NCBI RefSeq assembly: GCF_035084215.1
Contig: NW_027138407.1
Coordinates: forward strand, 1,550,001-1,614,000
Direction of reading: 5' to 3'
From: Heptranchias perlo
Taxonomy: Eukaryota
Length of the DNA: 64,000 nucleotides
Part shown: positions 52,670 to 64,000 of the stretch, one piece after another
How the letters are laid out: each line of letters starts with the position of its first letter
Numbering within the stretch: the first letter of the stretch is position 1
Made by a program: the position numbers and the translations under genes
Notes under the pieces: generated by a model
What the model was told of the DNA's origin: nothing
Database searches by the model: none
Seen by the model: the letters and a program-made list of their open reading frames with translations, nothing else

Positions 52670-52989
52670 TGGTAATATGGTGGTTATGTTCCTGGATTAG
52701 TACTCCAGAGGCCCGCACTAATAATCAAGTGTATATGAATTCAAATCCGACAGTGGCATTTTGAGAATTTGAACCAAGTTGAAGCTGTCAGATTGTCGTC
52801 AAACCCCAGCTTTCTTTTAGGCTCGGCCTATATGTGACTCCAGTCCCACGCCAAGATTGACTCTGAACTGCCCTTTGATGTGGCAGAGCAAGCCACACAA
52901 TTTTATCACTACAATTCTTAGGGCAACTCGGGATGGGCAATAAATGCCAGCCTCAGCAGAGACACCCACATCCCAAGAGTGAATTAAAC
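52670..52989 (+). mobile_element. tRNA-derived SINE with LINE-shared 3' tail
   Basis: B-box-like aattcaaatcc. The 3' end gggcaactcgggatgggcaataaatgccagcctcagcagagacacccacatccc matches the tail of the LINE at 3680-3740. Confidence 0.75.
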
Positions 52990-53339
52990 AGGTGGACAGA
53001 TAGCGATAATAATAGATAGATAATTAGATAGAAATGTAGCTGCACACAAAGATAGATAGATAGATAGATAGACAGATAGGTAGACAGGAAAATGTCACAT
53101 TGGATCTCAAAAAACAACAACAAGAAAGGAGACAGAAGGTCAATGAGTGACTTTGGATAGAAACCTATCTCTGTTTGCAGTTCGTGCTGAGAATGTGGAA
53201 AAAGCTCAGTGTCACTTTCAGGGTATGGAAATCTCAGTGTGTGCTGACACCTGATCTACTGCAGGGTGGGACTGGAGACCAGGGTCTATGATGATACATA
53301 TTTTCCTACCTATCCACCCACCTTCCTACTAGAGGATGA

Positions 53340-53750
53340 ACGGACAGTCTGGCTCACTCAATCACCCATCAGAAAGAGTAGCCCATCTTCCTCTACTTCT
53401 AGAGCTGGATTTGACCCCAGGGCCCACAGGGTGAAAGGTCAGTGTCTGACTCAAAACCCCATCCAGTCCTCCATCAGAGAGGGGAGACCTTCACCCATTT
53501 GCCTGGGGCTGGATTTGACCCCAGGTCCCTGAGAGAGAAAGGTCAGTGTTTGACCCACATCCCCACCCAGTCCCCCATCAGTAAGGGGAGACCTTCACCC
53601 ATTTGCCTGGGGCTGGACTTGACCCCAGGTCCCAGAGGAAGAAAGGTCAGTGTCTGACACACATTCCCAACCAGACACCCATCAGAGAGGGGAGACCTTC
53701 ACCCCTCTGTCTGGGGCTGGATTTGACCCCAGGTCTCCAGGGGTGAATGG
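53340..53750 (-). repeat. 104-bp tandem repeat (about 4 copies) with a tRNA-SINE head-like sequence
   Basis: ctgga(t/c)ttgacccc recurs at 53405, 53509, 53613 and 53717. Confidence 0.8.
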
Positions 53751-54202
53751 ACAATATACCACCCATCCCACCAATGCTGGAATTACACTGAGATTCCCAT
53801 CAGGAGTCCCATCGAATAGGGGTGGAGGGAGGAGCCTGAGCAGCCCATGTCACGGAGGAGCAGAGTAATTGCACCAACTGCAGCTCAGCATCTATGAAAG
53901 GTCGCTGATCCGAGCAGCTGCTTCTACCTGTTGAAAGGTGGGTGAAGGACTCCCTGAAATTTCTCCCTTCTCGCTTCTTCTTCTACTCGAGCCGACTCTC
54001 CACAATTAAACCGGGCTCTTCCCGAGAGTCCACACCGACAGTCCCAGACTCCGGCACGGTCTACGGGAAAAGATCCAATCGCTTGATTCCAAAACACCGA
54101 GACTGAGAGGGAGAGAGACAGGTGAGTGGATCTTTGAGAAGTTGAAGAGGCAGGGCCGGTTTGGATGGAGGTAATGTCACTGTTAGTGATGGAGAACGGG
54201 GA

Positions 54203-56432
54203 TGGGTGAGTGGAGAGTGGGGGTGGGTGTGTAGAGAGTGAGGGTGGGTGTGTAGAGAGTGGGGGTGGGTGTGTAGAGAGTGGGGGTGGGTGTGAAGAGA
54301 GTGGGGGTGGGGGTGGAGAGAGTGGGGGTGGGTGTGTAGAGAGTGGGGGTGGGTGTGTAGAGAGTGGGGGTGGGTGTGTAGAGAGTGGGGGTGGGTGTGT
54401 AGAGAGTGGGGGTGGGTGTGTAGAGAGTGGGGGTGGGTGTGTAGAGAGTGGGGGTGGGTGAGTAGAGAGTGGGGGTGGGTGAGTAGAGAGTGGGGGTGGG
54501 TGTGTAGAGAGTGGGGGTGGGTGAGTAGAGAGTGGGGGTGGGTGTGTAGAGAGTGGGGGTGGGTGTGTAGAGAGTGGGGGTGGGTGTGTAGAGAGTGGGG
54601 GTGGGTGTGTAGAGAGTGGGGGTGGGTGTGTAGAGAGTGGGGGTGGGTGTGTAGAGAGTGGGGGTGGGTGTGTAGAGAGTGGGGGTGGGTGTGTAGAGAG
54701 TGGGGGTGGGTGTGTAGAGAGTGGGGGCGGGTGTGTAGAGAGTGGGGGTGGGGGTGTAGAGAGTGGGGGTGGGTGTGTAGAGAGTGGGGGTGGGGGTGTA
54801 GAGAGTGGGGGTGGGTGTGGAGAGAGTGGGGGTGAGTGTGTAGAGAGTGGGGGTGGGTGTGTAGAGAGTGGGGGTGGGAGTGTAGAGAGTGGGGGTGGGT
54901 GTGGAGAGAGTGGGGGTGGGTGAGTAGAGAGTGGGGGTGGGGGTGTAGAGAGTGGGGGTGGGTGTGGAGAGAGTGGGGGTGGGTGAGTAGAGAGTGGGGG
55001 TGGGTGTGTAGAGAGTGGGGGTGGGTGTGGAGAGAGTGGGGGTGGGTGAGTAGAGAGTGGGGGTGGGTGTGTAGAGAGTGGGGGTGGGTGTGGAGAGAGT
55101 GGGGGTGGGTGAGTAGAGAGTGGGGGTGGGGGTGTAGAGAGTGGGGGTGGGGGTGTAGAGAGTGGGGGTGGGTGTGTAGAGAGTGGGGGTGGGTGTGTAG
55201 AGAGTGGGGGTGGGTGTGTAGAGAGTGGGGGTGGGTGTGTCGAGAGTGGGGGTGGGTGTGTCGAGAGTGGGGGTGGGTGTGTAGAGAGTGGGGGTGGGTG
55301 TGTAGAGAGTGGGGGTGGGTGTGTAGAGAGTGAGGGTGGGTGTGGAGAGAGTGGGGGTGGGTGTGTAGAGAGTGGGGGTGGGTGTGTAGAGAGTGGGGGT
55401 GGGTGTGTAGAGAGTGGGGGTGGGTGTGTAGAGAGTGGGGGTGGGTGTGTAGAGAGTGGGGGTGGGTGTGTAGAGAGTGGGGGTGGGTGTGTAGAGAGTG
55501 GGGGTGGGTGTGTAGAGAGTGGGGGTGGGTGTGTAGAGAGTGGGGGTGGGTGTGTAGAGAGTGGGGGTGGGTGTGTAGAGAGTGGGGGTGGGTGTGTAGA
55601 GAGTGGGGGTGGGTGTGTAGAGAGTGGGGGTGGGTGTGTAGAGAGTGGGGGTGGGTGTGTAGAGAGTGGGGGTGGGTGTGTAGAGAGTGGGGGTGGGTGT
55701 GTAGAGAGTGGGGGTGGGTGTGTAGAGAGTGGGGGTGGGTGTGTAGAGAGTGAGGGTGGGTGTGGAGAGAGTGGGGGTGGGTGTGTAGAGAGTGGGGGTG
55801 GGTGTGTAGAGAGTGGGGGTGGGTGTGTAGAGAGTGGGGGTGGGTGTGTAGAGAGTGGGGGTGGGTGTGTAGAGAGTGGGGGTGGGTGTGTAGAGAGTGG
55901 GGGTGGGTGTGAAGAGAGTGGGGGTGGGTGTGTAGAGAGTGGGGGTGGGTGTGTAGAGAGTGGGGGTGGGTGTGTAGAGAGTGGGGGTGGGTGTGTAGAG
56001 AGTGGGGGTGGGTGTGTAGAGAGTGGGGGTGGGTGTGTAGAGAGTTGGTGTGGGTGTGTAGAGAGTGGGGGTGGGTGTGTAGAGAGTGGGGGTGGGTGTG
56101 TAGAGAGTGGGGGTGGGTGTGTAGAGAGTGGGGGTGGGTGAGCAGAGAGTTGGTGTGGGTGAGTAGAGAGTGGGAGTGGGTGAGTAGAGAGTGGGGGTGG
56201 GTGTGGAGAGAGTGGGGGTGGGTGTGTAGAGAGTGGGGGTGGGTGTGAAGAGAGTGGGGGTGGGTGTGTAGAGAGTGGGGGTGGGTGTGTAGAGAGTGGG
56301 GGTGGGTGTGTAGAGAGTGGGGGTGGGTGTGTAGAGAGTGGGGGTGGGTGAGTAGAGAGTGGGGGTGGGTGTGGAGAGAGTGGGGAGAGGAGAGTAGAGA
56401 GTGGGGGTGGGTGAGCAGAGAGTGGGGATGGG
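54203..56432 (+). repeat. G-rich 21-bp minisatellite (GAGAGTGGGGGTGGGTGTGTA, about 105 copies)
   Basis: Visible tandem array. Confidence 0.97.
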
Positions 56433-57309
56433 CGAGTTCCCATTCTGATTTGGGCCTTCCTACTCTCTCCAGTGATTATTGTCTGAAGTTTAACTGAATG
56501 TCACCATGTAGCGGAGACTGGGAGTCAGTCAAACCTGGTTACTGGGGAAAGTGGAAATGCCCATGGACAGAAAAAGATAAAAGGGAGAGAATAAAACAGA
56601 AAAAAATGGTTGAATATGGACAGAAACAGAGAAAGAGGGAGAGGTCCAGCAGAGAGAGAGTTAATCAACGAGAGAGAAACAGCGAGTGGGCAGACACAGA
56701 CAGTGAGCGGGAGATAAATTGTTGGCAGAAGGAGAGAGTGAAAGACGTGGACAAAGTGCGGGCAGAGAAAGAGAGAGGGAGATACAGCGAGTGGACAGAG
56801 AAGAAAAGAGAGTTAACGTGCAGACAGAGCAAGACAGAGAGGGTGACACGGGCAGAGTGAGGGGAAGAGAGAGGGGAATTAGAATTAATTAGAGAGTGGG
56901 CAAAATCAAATTGGGAGGTAGAGATGAAGAGAGGGAAGAAACAAAAGGGAAAGAAGGGATAAGGAAGACTCATTGTATGAAGAGAGAGAGAGAGACAAGG
57001 GAGAAAGATGCACTGAAAGCTTAACTTTCCGTGTTTGGATTTGCTTTGTGATTTTTGCCAAAGCAAAGTCTGTCTCTGAATCGCTATTAATCCTTTATAT
57101 TTTCAGGTCCGACGAGATCTCTGGTGAGATGGATAGAGTGAGATTGACTAGGCGAGAGTGAATAGGAGAGGGAGAAGCATGCAGTAAAATACAAGATAGA
57201 TAAAGGATTGGTAGATGGGAAAATGGCGAGATGGAAAGGCAGAGTCAGAGAGGGAGGGGTTAGATTTTATCAGAGGGGTTGAATGGTGCGATATATAGTT
57301 ATCTCCCTG

Positions 57310-58705
57310 AAGGATTGGGACGGAGATGCCAGTCAGTGTACAGATATTTCCCTGAGAGAAAGGGACTGGGAGACACCAGTCAGTGTACAGATATCACCCT
57401 GAGAGAGAGGGACTGAGATACACCAGTCAGTGTCCAGATATCACCCTGAGGGAGAGGGACTGAGAGACACCAGTCAGTGTACAGATATCTCCCTGAGAGA
57501 GAGGGACTGAGAGACACCAGTCAGTGTACAGATATCTCCCTGAGAGAGAGGGACTGAGAGACACCAGTCAGTGTACAGATATCACCCTGAGAGAGAGGGA
57601 CTGAGACACACCAGTCAGTACACAGATATCTCCCTGAGGGAGAGGGGCTGAGAGTCACCAGTCAGTGTACAGATATCACCCCGAGAGAGGGACTGAGAGA
57701 CACCAGTCAGTGTACAGATATCACCCTGAGAGAGAGGGACTGAGAGACACCAGTCAGTGTACAGATATCACCCTGAGAGAGAGGGACTGAGAGACACCAG
57801 TCAGTGTACAGATATCACCCTGAGAGAGAGGGACTGAGAGACACCAGTCAGTGTACAGATATCACCCTGAGAGAGAGGGAATGAGAGACACCAGTCAGTG
57901 TACATATATCACACTGAGAGAGAGGGACTGAGAGACACCAGTCAGTGTACAGATGTCTCCCTGAGGGTGAGGGACTGAGAGACACCAGTCAGTGTACAGA
58001 TGTCTCCCTGAGAGAGAGGGACTGAGAGACACCAGTCAGTGTACAGATGTCTCCCTGAGGGTGAGGGACTGAGAGACACCAGTCAGTGTACAGATATCAC
58101 CCTGAGAGAGAGGGACTGAGAGACACCAGTCAGTGTACAGATATCTCCCGAGGGAGAGGGACTGAGAGACACCTGTCAGTGTACAGATATCACCCTGAGA
58201 GAGAGGGACTGAGAGACACCAGTCAGTGTACAGATATCACCCTGAGAGAGAGGGACTGAGAGACACCAGTCAGTTTATAGATATCACCCTGAGAGATAGG
58301 GACTGAGAGACACCAGTCAGTGTACAGATATCACCCTGAGAGAGAGGGACTGAGAGACACCAGTCAGTGTACAGATATCACCCTGAGAGAGAGGGACTGA
58401 GAGACACCAGTCAGTGTACAGATATCACCCTGAGAGAGAGGGACTGAGAGACACCAGTCAGTGTACAGATATCACCCTGAGAGAGAGGGACTGAGAGACA
58501 CCAGTCAGTTTATAGATATCACCCTGAGAGATAGGGACTGAGAGACACCAGTCAGTGTACAGATATCACCCTGAGAGAGAGGGACTGAGAGACACCAGTC
58601 AGTGTACAGATATCACCCTGAGAGAGAGGGACTGAGAGACACCAGTCAGTGCACAGATATCTCCCTGAGAGAGAGGGACTGAGAGACACCAGTCAGCGTG
58701 CAGAT
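57310..58705. repeat. 47-bp minisatellite (about 29 copies)
   Basis: Unit gagagagggactgagagacaccagtcagtgtacagatatcaccctga. Confidence 0.95.
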
Positions 58706-59040
58706 AGTTCACTTTCTAATGTATAGGATCACATTGTTTTGAATACATTAATAACTTTATTCATATCTGTCCATTTCCAGGCTTCAGAGTCCTACGTGAT
58801 CTCTGCAATTCTGCATCCTGGCACCGCAGCAATCTCTTGGGCCCATTGGTTTCCACAGGTTTCAGAGAAGAAGCTCACCCTGTCTGAACCCATGAGATAG
58901 GATTAACGTGTTGGAGAGCCAACTGAGACCTTCAAAAACCAATAATCTGACAGGGCGGTCTCAACTGATATTGAACAATATCGGATCTCATTCCCCGACA
59001 TTGATCATCCGTTGCTCTGTATTGTTTGGCATAACACCAA

Positions 59041-60030
59041 ATGGCCACTTTTCTGGGCTGGAATGCAACAGTCACCGAATTCTGGTTGGAGATCAATTCA
59101 ACCATTCAGGCTGGAAATGTAACTCTTGGGCCCTCGATGGAAAGCACTTTTGAAGCCAGTTTCATGAGGCAATTGTTCTTCCTTCCCATTATCCATTGCC
59201 CGATCCTTCTCTCCGGCATTATTGGGAACTCAATTGCACTGTGGCACATCGTACGATTTAAGAAGGTCTCATCACCAACTGATGTCCTCCTGCTTGACTT
59301 GATCATCATTGACCTCTTCGTCATCCTGGCTTCTTCAATCACCGTTCTGCAATACACCCTACAATATCGCTCAATGAAGTTTCTCGGTGAGCTCAGATTT
59401 ATCCTGAGTACAATCAACCTTTACGGCAACCCGCCCTTCATGACCTGCATTGCCATTGACCAATACATTGCGGTTGTCCACTCCATCAGGTCTCATTCCT
59501 GGAGAAGGCCTCGATACTATGTTGGCCTTTCCATCGCAACTTGGCTCATCGTGTTTTCCCTGAGTCTGGGGCATTTTTTCTTCACAAAAGGCACGTTAAA
59601 GGGCCCACTTTCATGCAAGGCTTTGGTTTCACTCTGGTCAGGTAGCCCAGTGCTTCACCTCTGCTCCGAAGTGGTCACATTTTTCGTCCCAATCGTGATC
59701 CTGTTGGCCTGCTATGCCCTGACAGCGAAGAAGATGATCGAAGTGGGAGCTGGGAAGGAATCCATGGAGCTGATGAAGAAGAAAGTGCTGAAGACCATTT
59801 GGGCAATCTTGGCTCTCCTCCTTTTCTGCTTTGCCCCATTTCACATCATTGAACTTTCTTTCGTGCTGAAGAACCTGTTGAGTCCCGAGTACAAAATCTC
59901 AATGTGGTATGTTTGTAATATTCGGCTGTATACCTGGACCCTCACTTTCCTCAGCATTATCCTCAACCCCCTGCTCTACATCTTCAGGTCCCAGAACTTT
60001 CAGTGGAGGCCATGTAGCTGCTGTGTGTAA
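59041..60030 (+). CDS. Class A (rhodopsin-like) GPCR, P2Y/LPAR/orphan delta group, single coding exon, 329 aa
   Basis: Three N-terminal N-glycosylation sequons. Seven hydrophobic helices with GN (TM1), LxxxD (TM2), NLYG..FMTCIAIDQY (TM3), W (TM4), FFVP..CY (TM5), FCFAPFH (TM6) and NPLLY (TM7). Confidence 0.9.
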   Translation: MATFLGWNATVTEFWLEINSTIQAGNVTLGPSMESTFEASFMRQLFFLPIIHCPILLSGIIGNSIALWHIVRFKKVSSPTDVLLLDLIIIDLFVILASSITVLQYTLQYRSMKFLGELRFILSTINLYGNPPFMTCIAIDQYIAVVHSIRSHSWRRPRYYVGLSIATWLIVFSLSLGHFFFTKGTLKGPLSCKALVSLWSGSPVLHLCSEVVTFFVPIVILLACYALTAKKMIEVGAGKESMELMKKKVLKTIWAILALLLFCFAPFHIIELSFVLKNLLSPEYKISMWYVCNIRLYTWTLTFLSIILNPLLYIFRSQNFQWRPCSCCV

Positions 60031-60267
60031 CACGCCACTGGCCCAGTGACCACCCCACTCCCCCCATCTCAATCCCACATTGACAAGAATCTCAATTAGA
60101 AAGCAGAGTCTCACTTACCATTTCCCACCACTGAATTGCAAAGTGGGTATGATGAAGAAAAGTCCACCAGCGGCACAAGTGATTGGAAATGGAGGTCACA
60201 TAATGGAAGACTCTGTAAATCAAACATGGTGAACTCAGGTTGGCTACATCAACTCTCAACCATCATG

Positions 60268-61422
60268 TGTATCTGTCTATCTATCTATCTATCTGTCGAT
60301 CTATCTGTCTATCCATCGCTTCATCCATCTTTCGCTCTCTCTATCTGTCTATCTATCTATCTATCTATCTAACAATCTATCTAACTATTTATCTCACTAT
60401 CCATCCCTCTATCGAGCTATCTCTCTATCTATCACTCCATCTATCTTTCTCTCTATTTATCCCTCTATCTAGCTATCTCTCTATCTATCACTCTACCTTG
60501 CTATCTCTCTATCGATCACTCTTTCTATCTCTCTCTATCTATCCCTCTATCTAGATAGCTCTCTATCTATCACTCTACCTAGCTATCTCTCTATCCATCA
60601 CTCTTTCTATCTCTCTCTTTCTATCCCTCTATCTAGCTATCTCTCTGTCTATCCCTCTATCTATCTATCTATCTATCTATCCCTCTATCTAGCAATCTCG
60701 CTATCTGTCTCTCTGTCTTTCTATCTATTTCTCTATCTAACTANNNNNNNNNNNNNNNNNNNNNNNNNNNNNNNNNNNNNNNNNNNNNNNNNNNNNNNNN
60801 NNNNNNNNNNNNNNNNNNNNNNNNNNNNNNNNNNNNNNNNNNNNNNNNNNNNNNNNNNNNNNNNNNNNNNNNNNNNNNNNNNNNNNNNNNNNNNNNNNNN
60901 NNNNNNNNNNNNNNNNNNNNNNNNNNNNNNNNNNNNNNNNNNNNNNNNNNGTCTAACAATATATCTCTTTATCTATCTATCTATTTCTCTATCTCTCTAT
61001 CTATCTATCTATCTCTCTAACTGTCGATCTGTCTATCTCTTTAGCTATCTATCTTTTCTCTCTAGCTATCTATCTATCTATAAGTCTAATTATCTATCTA
61101 TCTATATCTTTCATCCATCATTCTCTGTCTTTCTATCTATCTACCTCTATCTATCTATCTATGTATCTATTTGTCTCTCTCTATCTATCTACCTTTCTTC
61201 CCATCTATTTCTATCTATCTCTCTTTCTATCTATTATCGATCTATCTATCTATTATCTATCTGTCTATCTTTCTACCCGTCTATCTATCTTTCGATCATT
61301 CTCTCTATCATCTATCTCTCTATCTATCTATCTATCCATCTATCCATCTTGCTATCTATCATCTATCTCTCTCCATCTATCCATCTATCTATCTTCCTAT
61401 CTATCGTCTATCTATTTATTTC

Positions 61423-61462
<40 letters not shown>

Positions 61463-61735
61463 ACTATCTTTCTATGTCATGTATCTATCTCTCTTGCTCT
61501 CTATCAGTTCACCGATCAGTCTCTCTATCTATCTGTCATTCCATCTATCTATCTGTCTAACTCTATATCTATCTCTCTATTGATCTCTATCTATCTGTCT
61601 ATCTGTCTGTCTCCCTGTCTATCTGTCTGTCCATCTCTTTTTCTCTATCTCTTTCTTGTCTCTCGATGTAGCTCTCTATTTATCTCTCTAGCTCTCCACC
61701 TATCTCTCCATCTATCTCTCTCTCACTATCGATCA
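60268..61735. repeat. (TCTA)n/CT-rich microsatellite spanning an assembly gap
   Basis: Visible array with an N run at 60744-60950. Confidence 0.95.
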
Positions 61736-62289
61736 TGCCTTTCCTGTTTTACAAACCTCACCTCCTGCTGTCACCAATTTTGTTCACACTTTTCTCTTTG
61801 CATTTCCCAGTCTAAATTGAAAGGGCAACACTTCTCATTCAATGAACCCAACTCTGTCGCCATCTTGTGTATATATGTCAAAAACTTAGATTCGTCAACT
61901 GACCGTGGGTGACACGCAGAACAATTTACCAATTAATATAAAAAGGCAGGAGGAACCCTCGGAGCACATTGACTACATGGCTGGTGACATGGGTTAAATT
62001 TCCTGAGACTCCAACCCACCATTGGAGCTTCCCATGCAGTTGGCAGAGGGAACATCTCATATGAGACTCAATTATTTACAGATGTTACACCAGAAGACCC
62101 TAAATTTAGAGCATTAGGGTGGATGGGGGGTGCAGAAGGAAGACTGAAGTCTTGTGGGGAGTGGGATGGTTGGGATGTGGCGTGGGGACTTGATTTTTGC
62201 TAAGTTTCCTCCCGTTTTCCTAAATTGTGAAATTTTGACTGGGTGGAGCGGGTACTTGTGTTCACTCCCTTGCATCATGCTGTGGCAGC

Positions 62290-62731
62290 AGGATTAGTTT
62301 GGGGATTGATACAGGGCTATGGGGAGATAGAGGGACAGTGGGATTAGTTTGGGATTGAGACAGGGCTATGGGGAGAGAGCGGGGCAGTGGGATTAGTTTG
62401 GGATTGATACAGGACTATGGGGAGAGAGTGGGGCAGTGGGATTAGTTTGGGATTGATACAGGGCTATGGGGAGAGAGTGAGGTAGTGGGATTAGTTTGGG
62501 ATTGATACAGGGCTATGGGGAGAGAGCGGGGCAGTGGGATTAGTTTGGGATTGATACAGGGCTATGGGGAGAGAGCGGGGCAGTGGGATTAGTTTGGGAT
62601 TGATACAGGGCTATGGGGAGAGAGCAGGGCAGTGGGATTAGTTTGGGGATTGGTACAGGGCTATGGGGAGAGAGTGGGGCAGTGGGATTAGTTTGGGGAT
62701 TGATCCAGTCTATGGGGAGAGAATGGGGCAG
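62290..62731 (+). repeat. 49-bp minisatellite (about 9 copies)
   Basis: Unit gggattagtttgggattgatacagggctatggggagagagcggggcagt. Confidence 0.93.
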
Positions 62732-63117
62732 GTTCACACTAGCGACACCACAGCAACCAGCAGTTCGGAGGTTTATGCTTTGGTTTGTGTCAGTTAACTT
62801 CTACATGCTGCAGATTCTCTTTCTTTACACTCAGCTATGTTCAGAATTAACAATTAATGAATTAATTGCTTCTTCAAGGAGAAACTCAAAAAAATACCTG
62901 TCACTGTACCCCCACTTATTCGTGACAAGTTAGAATTGGCCAATTTCTTTCTTAATGGCCGCAGGAGAAATCCAATCCCCATTGTTACAATACTCATCAT
63001 TTCTGGGATCCAATCACCAACTTGTCCTTTTGGGTTTTGGGTGGGGGAATGGAATGGGGAGAACTATGGAAAGATAGATCAGCATATTATTGATGGGCAT
63101 GACAGGTGGAAAGGGTA

Positions 63118-63480
63118 CATAAGAACATCAGGACATAAGAAATGATAGCAGGAGTAGGCCATACGGCCCCTCGGGCCTGCTCCACCAGTCAATCAGATCA
63201 TGGCTGATCTTCCACCTCAACTCCACTTTCCCACCCGGTCCCCATATCCCTTGATTCCCCTCGAGTCTAAAAATCCTAATTGCTTGCTGTACCAGCATGC
63301 TAACCTTTTCTGTCTCTTATGCGCGGTCACCCAAATCTCTCTGAACACCAACAATTAATCATTTCTCACCATTTAAAAATATTCTGTTTTTCTGTTCTTC
63401 CTACCAAAGTAAATAACCTCACATTTCCCCACATTATACTCCATCTGCCACCTTCTTGCCCTCTGACTTAACATGTCTAG
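63118..63480 (-). mobile_element. CR1-type LINE fragments
   Basis: Reverse complement of the same tail type as 11301-11498, followed by a degenerate internal ORF2 piece. Confidence 0.75.
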
Positions 63481-63492
63481 TGGGAGAGTAAT

Positions 63493-64000
63493 GGGGGTCA
63501 CCATTGACCAGAAACTTAACTGGACCAGCCACATAAATATCGTGGCTACAAGAGCAGGTCAGAGGCTGGGTATTCTGCAGCGAGTGACTCACCTCTTGAA
63601 TCCCCAAAGCCTTTCCACCATCTACAAGGCACAAGTCAGGAGTGTGATGGAATACTCTTCACTTGCCTGGATGAGTGCAGCTCCAACAACACTCAAGAAG
63701 CTCAACACCATCCAGGACAAAGCAGCCCGCTTGATTGGCACCCCATCCACCACCTTAAACATTCACTCCCTTCACCATCGGCGCACCGTGGCTGCAGTGT
63801 GTACCATCCATAGGATGCACTGCAGCAACTCGCCAAGGCTTCTTCGACAGCACCTCTCAAACCTGCAACCTCTACCACCTAGAAGGACAAGGGCAGCAGG
63901 AACATGGGAACAACACCACCTGCACGTTCCCCTCCAAGTCACACACCATCCCGACTTGGAAATATATCGGCCGTTCCTTCATCGTCGCTGGGTCAAAATC
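63493..64000 (+). mobile_element. 5'-truncated LINE, same family as 3668-5245
   Basis: Closely similar to the reverse complement of about 3826-4333 (GVTIDQKLNWTSHIN...). Confidence 0.93.

Noticed and set aside
53924-56443. 839-aa Pro-rich ORF (STHPPPL)n and the CREWGWV ORFs
   Set aside because: These are translations of the 21-bp minisatellite, open only because the unit is a multiple of 3 without stops.
57310-58705. CRISPR-like array
   Set aside because: Head-to-tail repeats without unique spacers in a vertebrate genome; this is an ordinary minisatellite.

Overview
Vertebrate genomic DNA, most likely from a shark or other cartilaginous fish (inferred from the CR1, L2 and SINE repeat types). 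Positions 1 to about 52.4 kb are the 5' end of a T-cell receptor alpha/delta-type V-segment array on the minus strand. It holds 15 family-1 V genes (one cut by the window edge) and 4 family-2 V genes. Each complete gene has a 46-nt leader exon, a short phase-1 intron, a V exon and a 23-spacer RSS. Two further family-1 genes survive only as deletion scars. The array grew by tandem amplification of an ancestral V2-V1 pair. Sixteen family-1 repeat units still carry the promoter, leader exon and CTCF-like sites of a family-2 gene whose V exon and RSS (about 490 bp) were deleted. Six of these orphan leaders are fully intact and splice-phase-compatible with the next V1 exon. Beyond the array lie a SINE, several minisatellites (including a 2.2-kb G-rich 21-mer array), a divergently oriented P2Y/LPAR-group GPCR with a single coding exon and non-canonical motifs (DQY, no Cys3.25), a TCTA microsatellite spanning an assembly gap, and LINE fragments. 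No D, J or C segments are visible.
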